IMG/VR virus record: IMGVR_UViG_3300037421_000099
Coordinates: 1-54,124 of that record
Origin: a virus
Lineage: Duplodnaviria; Caudoviricetes
Reading direction: 5' to 3' (one strand)
Length of the DNA stretch: 54,124 nt
Shown: piece by piece, positions 17,290 through 24,887 of the stretch
Layout of the letters: the number at the start of each line of letters is the position of its first letter
Position numbering within the stretch: position 1 is the first letter of the stretch
Notes under the pieces: model-generated
Told to the model about the DNA's origin: nothing
What the model saw: only the letters and a program-made list of their open reading frames with translations
Databases searched by the model: none
Position numbers and translations under genes: made by a program

Positions 17290-19925
17290 TTGAGTAACGA
17301 TCTCTTCAATATTTCCAGAGCCGCATTCAGGCGCTCTTCCTCCCAGCCTTCATTTTTTACCCACACCCGCACGTCGTGCCCGATTCGCTGCGCGTTCTGC
17401 AGCGACCTCGCGTCCGCCTCCGAGTCCCACGGAGATGGGGTCGCCGGGGGGGAGAGCTCCAGACGCCACAACGCGGCGCCTAGGCGCCTCTCTGGCCAGC
17501 CTTTCTCCTCGGCGTAGGCCTTCGGGTCTATTCCGCGCGCGACGAAGCTACGCAGGACGTCAGCGTCACCAATGGCCCTCTGTACGCGTTCGGCGGCGAC
17601 CTGCCTGGCGAGCCGTCGTCGTTCGGGGCCCCAAGGCTTGGACGACATGTAGGTCTTCCACTGCTTATCCGGCAACCTGTAGAGCTCGTCAGCGTCCTCT
17701 TCAGCCTGCTGATTTGTGAGTGCCGCGTCGATTTTGTGAGTGCCGGAATGAGTGCCGGAAAAAGCCGGCACTCTCGTTTCGCTGTTTTTATAGGCGTTCG
17801 TGGAGTTTTCATCATGAGTGCCGCTGAGTGCCGCGCCGTTTTTTGCTGCGGCACTCTCCACACCCACTCCCATGAGTGCCGGTGTGCCGGCACTCTGGGG
17901 GGTGTGGGGGGAGATCTCTCTCTCTTGTGGTTCATTTTGACCCACCTGTTCCCAGCCCTTCGGGTAGTACCGAATCTCACGACTGCTCACCTCTTGGCAC
18001 ACGACTCTTCCGCCCTCAACGCATCTTGCTACCGCCACGTCCACGGTATCTTTCGCACATCCACCTTCAATCTGAGCGGACACATGGGTGCGTAGCTGAA
18101 CCTTACCGATTCCAGGCTTGTTGTAAATGACGGCTACAGCCGCGTCAGCCGCCGCGTTGATCTTGGCTTCCTTCTTGTCGGTGTTCTTCTGCTCGGTCTT
18201 CGAGGGCTTCGAAGCAGCCACCGAGACGAGGTCCGGCGACACGCTGCACTCGGTGATAGCCATTTTGTCGCGATTGATTTCGAGAAACAGTCCGGTACCA
18301 GAAGGACCGTGCTTGTTCTTGGCGACACCGAGAGAAAGAAGGTTTGTTACGTTCTTGACGGAACGAAGAACGAGCATCACACGCGCGCTGTACTCGATGG
18401 CTCCAGACTCCTTGGCGCTCGCCATATTGCCGGCGCTTTCAGCTTCTTCGACCGCCTCGATGCTGCGATAGCTTCCGCGATTCATCTCGCTGGTAGCGAC
18501 GACGAGCATCCTGTAAGCAGTCGCGGTTTCTCGGACTGCGCGAACGTTTGCGTTGACGATCTGCCTTTCGCTGACGTCGTCCTTTCGCTTGGTCAACGCT
18601 TCGCTCGAGACGCTTTGGATCGAGTCGACGACGAGCATGGATCCGGTTTTTCCGGACTCTTTGGCGTACGCGGCCAGGTTCGAAGCAGCCGCCTCGATCG
18701 TCCACATCGCGTCGTACATGCGGACCGAGACGTCGGCGAAAGCCGTGTGCAACGCTTGCAACGTCTCCTTACTGCGCTCCTCGCACTGCCGGCGAGAGAA
18801 GCCTCGCCGCTGGGCGAGGCGGGTCTGGACGTCCGGATCAGGGTCTTCGTCGACTGCCAGGATACCCACCGCCAGACCTCGCGCTGAAAACACGTCCGCG
18901 AGCTGCACGGCCAAGGCCGTCTTGCCGGCGTCTGGAGCTCCCACGAGGTACACCCGCGAGCCCAGGGTGAATCCTCCCCCGGTGAGCCCATCTAGGGTCG
19001 GCAGGCCCGTGGGAACGTGGATGAGTGGGCCCTCTTCTTGCCAACGGTCGATGATAGCAAGCGGGCTTAGCGGCTTGCGCTCGGTTGGCGGCGAGAATTG
19101 AGCGAAGATGCTGGCGCCGTTCGTGTGACCGTTGGCGTGGCCGTTTGTTTTCGAAGACGAAGGTACGTACGGCTGCATCTCGATGAGCTGATCGAGGTTT
19201 CCGCCTGAGGACAGGAGATCGGAGACGTCCTTGTGCGGTGGTGGACACTCGCAGAGCCGCATCGAGCGTGGGTGTCCGGTGAGGTTGGCTTGGACCTCTA
19301 GTGCGTGCTTTCGGCCTAGGCCGTCTTCGTCGGCGTCCGCGATGATGATGACGTCGCGACTCGCCAAGGGGGCCCACGCCGACGACGCGACGGCGGCCCA
19401 CTTGCCGGCCCCGCCAGGGTTGCAGGTGGCCAGCAGTCCACGTTTACGAAGGTTGTCGACGTCCTTCTCGCCCTCGACGATGTAGATGGGCCGGTCAGAG
19501 TCATCGACGGTGAGCTCGTGCAGGCGGTAGATGACACCGCGCACACCCTTGACGCCAGCGGTCCATCCGCCCGCTCCGTCGGAGCGACGTTGCCAGAACT
19601 TCTTGCCCGGGTCACGCACGACCTGGAAGAGATCGCGGCCCTCTTCGTCGTCGTAGGTATAGAGCGCTTCGTGGTCGGTGACGCCGCGAGAGACGAACGT
19701 GCCGCCGCTATGGTCGATGCCGCAGAAGCACGGGCCCCAGAGCCAGTGCACGTACCCTTTGCTGCCGTCGTTTTGCTGGATGCCGTGCGCGAACTCTTCG
19801 CGCATGCAGTGGGCGAATTGCCCGTCGTCGGTCAGGTACCCCCAGCAACGTGTTCCTTCTCCACGTTCCGACTTCTCCCATCCGCCGCAGATCGGGCATG
19901 GGTTGTCGCGCTTGAAGCGAATCAT
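17286..19925 (-). CDS. primase-helicase (Zn finger, TOPRIM, DnaB/RecA-like helicase, C-terminal extension)
   Basis: CPICGG, VEGEKD, ADADEDG, GAPDAGKT, VVDSIQ, SEMNR, ESGAIE, KNKHG. Confidence 0.92.
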   Translation of the reverse strand: MIRFKRDNPCPICGGWEKSERGEGTRCWGYLTDDGQFAHCMREEFAHGIQQNDGSKGYVHWLWGPCFCGIDHSGGTFVSRGVTDHEALYTYDDEEGRDLFQVVRDPGKKFWQRRSDGAGGWTAGVKGVRGVIYRLHELTVDDSDRPIYIVEGEKDVDNLRKRGLLATCNPGGAGKWAAVASSAWAPLASRDVIIIADADEDGLGRKHALEVQANLTGHPRSMRLCECPPPHKDVSDLLSSGGNLDQLIEMQPYVPSSSKTNGHANGHTNGASIFAQFSPPTERKPLSPLAIIDRWQEEGPLIHVPTGLPTLDGLTGGGFTLGSRVYLVGAPDAGKTALAVQLADVFSARGLAVGILAVDEDPDPDVQTRLAQRRGFSRRQCEERSKETLQALHTAFADVSVRMYDAMWTIEAAASNLAAYAKESGKTGSMLVVDSIQSVSSEALTKRKDDVSERQIVNANVRAVRETATAYRMLVVATSEMNRGSYRSIEAVEEAESAGNMASAKESGAIEYSARVMLVLRSVKNVTNLLSLGVAKNKHGPSGTGLFLEINRDKMAITECSVSPDLVSVAASKPSKTEQKNTDKKEAKINAAADAAVAVIYNKPGIGKVQLRTHVSAQIEGGCAKDTVDVAVARCVEGGRVVCQEVSSREIRYYPKGWEQVGQNEPQEREISPHTPQSAGTPALMGVGVESAAAKNGAALSGTHDENSTNAYKNSETRVPAFSGTHSGTHKIDAALTNQQAEEDADELYRLPDKQWKTYMSSKPWGPERRRLARQVAAERVQRAIGDADVLRSFVARGIDPKAYAEEKGWPERRLGAALWRLELSPPATPSPWDSEADARSLQNAQRIGHDVRVWVKNEGWEEERLNAALEILKRSLLK
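17718..17895. repeat. array of nine GAGTGCCG octamers (6 direct, 3 inverted); candidate replication origin
   Basis: Direct at 17718, 17738, 17750, 17816, 17826, 17874; inverted at 17766, 17849, 17888; T-rich spacers. Confidence 0.75.
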
Positions 19926-19934
19926 GCGCGATTG

Positions 19935-20045
19935 TCAGATGCTGTAAGAATAGTAAAATAGAACCGTGTACCCTCGCACTTTTGCGCGCATCGCGAAGTC
20001 GACGAGACTGAGCCAATACGAGCTGTTCTTCGGTGGGGTGGGCAT
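19935..20045 (-). CDS. putative 36-aa leader peptide
   Basis: GGAGG RBS; MPTPPKNSSYWLSLVDFAMRAKVRGYTVLFYYSYSI; stops about 10 nt before primase ATG, which lacks an SD. Confidence 0.45.
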   Translation of the reverse strand: MPTPPKNSSYWLSLVDFAMRAKVRGYTVLFYYSYSI

Positions 20046-20072
20046 GGGGGATCCTCCGCGTGCGAGAGAAGA

Positions 20073-20191
20073 GCCCCTGAGACAGCCGACTGAAACGACG
20101 TGAGAAGTCCTCCGCCGCGGGGGAGCGCGAAGTCCGAAGCCGTTCCAGCCAGCTGTCTCAGGGGCCCGAGCCGCTTCTCACGTCGGCTCGG
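20073..20191 (-). ncRNA. structured 5' leader RNA (two hairpins with complementary loops)
   Basis: 25-bp stem 20073-20097/20141-20165 whose three mismatches are all G-U on the minus strand; hairpin 20166-20191 with a loop complementary to 20098-20107. Confidence 0.6.
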
Positions 20192-20242
20192 ATCGATGAG
20201 CCTAGATCAGGCGAATCGAGAGAGGGAAGCACTTTGTTGGAT

Positions 20243-20282
20243 AAAAGCGAACGCCTCCGGGGTTGCGGTCCCGGAGGCGTTC
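20243..20282 (-). terminator. intrinsic terminator
   Basis: 13-bp perfect stem GAACGCCTCCGGG/CCCGGAGGCGTTC followed by a short T-run on the minus strand. Confidence 0.7.
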
Positions 20283-20348
20283 TAGGGCGGCTCGAAGAGC
20301 GAGGAAAAGTCCTCGACTACGAAACCGATCCTGAGCGTAGCAGCTTTT

Positions 20349-21530
20349 TTATTTCTGCTCGACCGCGAAAACGCTTGCGCCACCGATCCCGACGGTGAGA
20401 TTGCCGGCGTTACCTTGACAGGTGATGCGCCAGAAGTGGGCCAGCAGATCAGGGGCCGAGTCGAGCGCTGAGATCTCGACGCTCCAATCTCCCGATGCAG
20501 CTGCGGTCACAATGGTCGTCTTGATTACGCCCAGGTCCCGGATGAGAGAGACGGTGATGCGTTCTCCCGGAACGGAGTCTTGCCCTAACATCTGTCCGGT
20601 GACGAGATAGAGGCCCGCCCCTTGTCGCGTCAGAGTCCCTACGGACCGGAACGAGACGATGTTGGCGGGCCCGAGCGCACCGACATTGGTATCGTTCAGA
20701 TCGTTGGTTTGCGCGAGCTGGTTTAGGGCGTTCTTGACGAGGATGGGAACGGGATTCCAGTTTGTACCGCCCGGTGACGCGTCGTAGCTCACCTGCGTTG
20801 CTGTATCGACGGGGATGAGCCCCACGCCGGTCTGCGGTGTGCCTACGGTTGTATTTGCGTCGAATGACAGGGTCATACCGGCGCCAGCGTTCGCCCAAAA
20901 GTTCCCGGCTACATCCGATAGGTTGAATGCGTCCACGAACCAGGAGCCTGCGGCTCCACCTAAGACGGGCGTTATTCCGTCGCCGAGCAGTGAGTTGTCG
21001 AGCACGACCAGGAGCCCGGTATGGCCCGCGACCACCACAGCGAACGGCGCTTTGCCCGCTTCGGAGAGGATCTGGCAATTTTCTCTCATCCAGATCGTGC
21101 TGCCGTTGACCATCGTCACGACCGGCAAGGTGCTTGCGCTCTGGAACGTCACGTTGCCCTCGATCGTCATCGTCGTAAACGCGAGGTGAGCCCCTTGCGC
21201 AAACGTGACGATGCCTCCGAGGAAGTCGGAGGCGTTGCCATAAGTCCCGAAGGTGGTGTTGTCGACGTTCCAGCCGCCGGCTGGCTGTCCCGCCGCGGGG
21301 ATCGTGATGGGCGCGAGCGACGCGTCGAACCACACCCATCGTGGTCCTTGCGCCTGCGAGTAGGCAGAATAGAGAGACGGCCAGTCGGTGAATACGTTGC
21401 CGCTGGCAATACCCCCAGGTCGGAGAACAAATAATGATTCCAGGTTGGGTGTGACCGCACCTACAATCAGACGTATAAGCGCTTCGAGCTTTTTGACGCG
21501 CCCCTGCAGATCGAAGTCGTCAGTGCTCAT
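20349..21530 (-). CDS. putative spike/fibre virion protein
   Basis: N-terminal short coiled coil, then Gly/Ala/Thr/Asn-rich beta-type body. Confidence 0.55.
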   Translation of the reverse strand: MSTDDFDLQGRVKKLEALIRLIVGAVTPNLESLFVLRPGGIASGNVFTDWPSLYSAYSQAQGPRWVWFDASLAPITIPAAGQPAGGWNVDNTTFGTYGNASDFLGGIVTFAQGAHLAFTTMTIEGNVTFQSASTLPVVTMVNGSTIWMRENCQILSEAGKAPFAVVVAGHTGLLVVLDNSLLGDGITPVLGGAAGSWFVDAFNLSDVAGNFWANAGAGMTLSFDANTTVGTPQTGVGLIPVDTATQVSYDASPGGTNWNPVPILVKNALNQLAQTNDLNDTNVGALGPANIVSFRSVGTLTRQGAGLYLVTGQMLGQDSVPGERITVSLIRDLGVIKTTIVTAAASGDWSVEISALDSAPDLLAHFWRITCQGNAGNLTVGIGGASVFAVEQK

Positions 21531-21952
21531 GGATAATTCTTCCAGCCGATGACGGCTTTCACATCGTTTCTGCTATCGAGCGTCTTGGTACGCATGCGTC
21601 GAAAGCCTTTCGGGCTCTGCTGACGCAGCCGGATCGTGTTCTTCTTGAGGTCGGGCCTGGACGGTTTGAAACCGTTTCGCTTCGCCCAGCCCCACGCTTG
21701 TTTTACGGTGAAGCGATCGCGCGGGAAGATGAGCGACTGCACTTCGCTAGGGCTCTCGCCCGCGAGAAGCGCTTTTCGCCGCTTGGGCGTGGCTACGGAG
21801 GTGATGACACCGGCCGAGCCGATTACGATGCCTGAGATCGTCAGAACGGCCCCCACGGGTCCGAGAACGGTTCCACCGCGTGACCAGAGTAGGCCACCCA
21901 GGATCGCAGCTCCAATGCCGCCTCCGATGGCCCATTTTTGCGTGTCGTTCAT
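21527..21952 (-). CDS. membrane protein with basic C-terminal domain
   Basis: Two N-terminal TM segments; VQSLIF...W...RLRQ domain. Confidence 0.6.
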   Translation of the reverse strand: MNDTQKWAIGGGIGAAILGGLLWSRGGTVLGPVGAVLTISGIVIGSAGVITSVATPKRRKALLAGESPSEVQSLIFPRDRFTVKQAWGWAKRNGFKPSRPDLKKNTIRLRQQSPKGFRRMRTKTLDSRNDVKAVIGWKNYP

Positions 21953-22353
21953 CGTCGTCTCTTCCGTGAGAGAGCGTACGCGGCCCCGGCCCCCATGCCT
22001 ACGATCACCGCCCCGGCGATGGCGGCGCCCCATGGGAAGCTGCGGGCCAGGATGTCCTGGTAGGTCGACCAGGGCTTCCAGTTGGTGCCGCCGCTACTGA
22101 TCTGCAGCGCAGCGTGCGCGTTGTAGTCTGGGTCGAGTAGGCTTGACTCGTCGTACTGGGGGTGCGCGAGCGTGTTGATCTGCCAGAGGCCGAAGCTGCG
22201 CTCCGGGAGCGCGTTAGGGAGCGGTCCGTGGATGTTCGTCGCGTTCGTGTTGCCGCTGCTCTCGCGCAGTGCGATCGTCGCTGCGAAGCTCGGATCGGGA
22301 AAGCCCGTGTCGGCGGCCAGCTGGCGGAGCTGCGCGAACGAGAGAACGGACAT
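21949..22353 (-). CDS. lytic transglycosylase with C-terminal membrane anchor
   Basis: IALRESSG, SFGLWQIN, LLDPDYNA, WKPWSTY, then TM and RKRRR. Confidence 0.85.
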   Translation of the reverse strand: MSVLSFAQLRQLAADTGFPDPSFAATIALRESSGNTNATNIHGPLPNALPERSFGLWQINTLAHPQYDESSLLDPDYNAHAALQISSGGTNWKPWSTYQDILARSFPWGAAIAGAVIVGMGAGAAYALSRKRRR

Positions 22354-22406
22354 GCGCTCGGGTGTAGGCTACCCGTTCTGTCGCATGTGGGCTAGACTGC
22401 TCACGT

Positions 22407-22580
22407 ATGACGCGGGAAGAGGTTCGGGAGCACGCGCAGGCAGTGAGCGAGGGCAAGCCGCTCAAGAGCTACGTCGAGAGCGCGAAAGTGCTCGCGAAGT
22501 GGGTTCTTGAGCAGATCGTTCCGCCGGCTGTACCGCCGCTGCATGTCCCCTGTCCAGGAGCTATCGATGCGAGTCGTTGA
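22407..22580 (+). CDS. small hypothetical protein (57 aa)
   Basis: Hand translation MTREEVREHAQAVSEGKPLKSY...; TAGACT -10 box just upstream. Confidence 0.4.
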   Translation: MTREEVREHAQAVSEGKPLKSYVESAKVLAKWVLEQIVPPAVPPLHVPCPGAIDASR

Positions 22581-23256
22581 GATCCCCTGCGGGGCAGTCG
22601 GTGCCGACATGCTGACGCCGCTCACGCCCTCGATGGCGCGAGCATTCGCGGCGTTCACGATCCCGGGTACGCGCACGGGCCTCACATTCATGGAGCGCTA
22701 CCTCGAGAACCTTACCGCGGGGGAGCTCGCGGGCGATCTTGCTGCGGGCTTGGGTGTCGTCTTCGTCGGAGAGTCGCGCCCGCCCGGATGGCTGCCGTCC
22801 GCGCTACTCGGTGCCGAGGATGGTCAGCGCGAGGCGGACAAGCTTTCCGCGCTCAGCGTTCCCGAGGGTGTCACCGTGACGTGCGACCTCGAAGGGATGG
22901 GCGGAAGTGCGCAGGACGCGATCGCGTACGTCATAGCCTGGTGCCAGAGAAAGCGTCGCGGGGACATCGGTCAGGGGTACATCGGCGATCAGGTGCCGCT
23001 CAATCCGATGCAGCTCTACCAGCTGCCCTTCACGCGCTACCAGCGCTCGCTCTCCAACGTGCAGCAGGTGGCAGGCGTCGACTACTGCATGTTGCAAGCG
23101 TTTCCGACGCAGACGCTGAAGCTTCTCACGGGGGACCTGTCGGTCGATCTCGACTTCGTGACGCGCGACAAGCGCCTTCGCTTGCCGACGATGCTCATCG
23201 ACGACTGGAAGGTTCCGGCATCGGCTCCCCTAGTGGGGGAGGAATCGGAGTCTTGA
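22567..23256 (+). CDS. DUF1906/Rv2525c-like (GH25-like) cell wall hydrolase
   Basis: GADM, RYL..LTAGEL, GAEDG..A, V.CDLEG, G.YIG, VDLD; AGGAG RBS. Confidence 0.75.
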   Translation: MRVVEIPCGAVGADMLTPLTPSMARAFAAFTIPGTRTGLTFMERYLENLTAGELAGDLAAGLGVVFVGESRPPGWLPSALLGAEDGQREADKLSALSVPEGVTVTCDLEGMGGSAQDAIAYVIAWCQRKRRGDIGQGYIGDQVPLNPMQLYQLPFTRYQRSLSNVQQVAGVDYCMLQAFPTQTLKLLTGDLSVDLDFVTRDKRLRLPTMLIDDWKVPASAPLVGEESES

Positions 23257-23398
23257 CCGATTCGAGATAGCGCGAGAGCTCATCGTCGAGCTCTTGCAGC
23301 GAAGGTCCCGTGTTCTCGGCGATCGAGTCGAGCTTGTCTCGATACGTCTTTACCGCAGGGTGTTTGCCGCTTCCGCTCTTGGGTCTGGGGATGCTCAT
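23195..23398 (-). CDS. small hypothetical protein
   Basis: ATGA-coupled to holin-like gene. Confidence 0.45.
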   Translation of the reverse strand: MSIPRPKSGSGKHPAVKTYRDKLDSIAENTGPSLQELDDELSRYLESVKTPIPPPLGEPMPEPSSRR

Positions 23399-23634
23399 GG
23401 GCCTCTGCGTTGAGCTTCGAAGATGTCGGATAGCTTCTCTACGCTCGCGATGACTCGAGCCTGCAGGTTCAGGGCCAGATCAGTATACGCCTTGGCGTCC
23501 GCGATGCGCGCGGCCCTTTCTCGAGTGAGATCGCGGTCTTTGATCCAGAGCGCCCACAATAGGACCGCACACATCAAGCCGAGCACGCCATGGCTGGCAA
23601 GAGCTGCAACGAGAGAACCGCCGGTAGGATCCAT
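23395..23634 (-). CDS. holin-like single-TM protein (BhlA-like)
   Basis: LASHGVLGLMCAVLLWALW followed by coiled coil. Confidence 0.6.
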   Translation of the reverse strand: MDPTGGSLVAALASHGVLGLMCAVLLWALWIKDRDLTRERAARIADAKAYTDLALNLQARVIASVEKLSDIFEAQRRGP

Positions 23635-23693
23635 GCGCGTTCGATCGTAACACGCGCCTTGACGATGGCTCTGCTCGGCTTCAGGGTCGCCCG

Positions 23694-24164
23694 ATGTTCC
23701 AAACCATTCGAGCCCTCGTCTTCTCGATCTGGACGCTCATTTCTCCGGAGCTTGCACGCACGCCGGATGCGCCCGTGATCGCGGATGCTCTCGCGACAGT
23801 GGCCGTGCAGGATGCGAATTTGCCGCCTGTCTTCGGGAGTCACGATGTCGACGTCGTCTTGGAGGCTGTCTACGTGGCCGGTGAGAGCGGCGTCGATCAC
23901 AACCCTCGGCCGCAATCTTGGGATGCCAAGGATCTAGTTTCGTGCGGAATACTTCAGGAGCGGTGCTCTTTCGCCAGGACTCATTCGCTCGTTGAGCAGG
24001 CGCGCTATTGGAAGGTCCTTCTGCGCGCCGGCAAGAAGAGCTGCCCGCAAACGCCATCAGCTCCCTTGGGTGGTCACTGTAAGGCGGGCCAACCGCTCGC
24101 GGATGTGCGCATGGCGATCGCAAGGGAACTGTTGCGCGAGGTGATTCGCAGCGGTAGCCTCTGA
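23694..24164 (+). CDS. secreted lysozyme-fold (SLT-like) protein
   Basis: Hydrophobic N-terminus; AGESG...SCGILQ. Confidence 0.5.
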   Translation: MFQTIRALVFSIWTLISPELARTPDAPVIADALATVAVQDANLPPVFGSHDVDVVLEAVYVAGESGVDHNPRPQSWDAKDLVSCGILQERCSFARTHSLVEQARYWKVLLRAGKKSCPQTPSAPLGGHCKAGQPLADVRMAIARELLREVIRSGSL

Positions 24165-24202
24165 TCTGCGAGTCGGTTGGGTCGGCATTCTCCGTGTACA
24201 TT

Positions 24203-24242
24203 GAACGCCCCGCTCGGTCCTCCTTTCCCGAGCGGGGCGTTC
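24203..24242. terminator. strong hairpin / possible terminator
   Basis: 15-bp perfect inverted repeat GAACGCCCCGCTCGG/CCGAGCGGGGCGTTC. Confidence 0.55.
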
Positions 24243-24258
24243 GTGTATCCTTAGGGTC

Positions 24259-24513
24259 ATGACACCTCGAGAGGGAGCCTTCGTGGGCGGTATCCTGGGG
24301 CTCGCCGGGGGCGGGGTCTTGGGCTTGGTCGGCAAGCGGATGATCCGGGGCAACGCGGATCTGAAGGCTCTCACCTTCACGGGCGTGTCGCTGCTCGGTA
24401 CATACGTGGGAGCGGTCATCGGCGCCGGCACGTGTCAGCCCTGCCAGCCGTGCCCGAAGTGCCCGCCGTGCCCGCCGCCGCAGAACACGTTGTTCCCGCC
24501 CAATACGCAATGA
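24259..24513 (+). CDS. small membrane protein with CxP repeats
   Basis: Two Gly-rich TM segments; CQPCQPCPKCPPCPPP. Confidence 0.6.
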   Translation: MTPREGAFVGGILGLAGGGVLGLVGKRMIRGNADLKALTFTGVSLLGTYVGAVIGAGTCQPCQPCPKCPPCPPPQNTLFPPNTQ

Positions 24514-24661
24514 GCCTGGGTCCGGACACACTGATGCCCGAGGAGGCTCCAACCGATCCGGAGTTGCCCTCGATCGAGGTACTTCTGGCGGGACTGCAGG
24601 ACCCTCCGCCGCTGTCTCTTGCCGAGGAGTGGTCAGGATTCGCTTCGGAAGCGCTCGACGA

Positions 24662-24868
24662 CTAGCGGCTTCGGATACGCCAGAGAGCAAACTTCTCGCG
24701 CGTCAGGGTCTTCTGACCGTTGCACGTGAAACACTTCACTCGCTTGGAGAAGTGCCGTCCGTCGGGTAGGTCGACGGTTTGGAGCACCTCTCCCTCGCCG
24801 TGGCATGCTGGGCATGGCAAGCGCGAGAGATCGGGTTCGGTGGGGCGCTCGTCGTCGAACTTGGGCAC
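24662..24868 (-). CDS. DnaJ-type zinc finger protein
   Basis: CPACHGEG...CFTCNG. Confidence 0.55.
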   Translation of the reverse strand: MPKFDDERPTEPDLSRLPCPACHGEGEVLQTVDLPDGRHFSKRVKCFTCNGQKTLTREKFALWRIRSR

Positions 24869-24887
24869 CGGCCTAAGATAACCGCTC

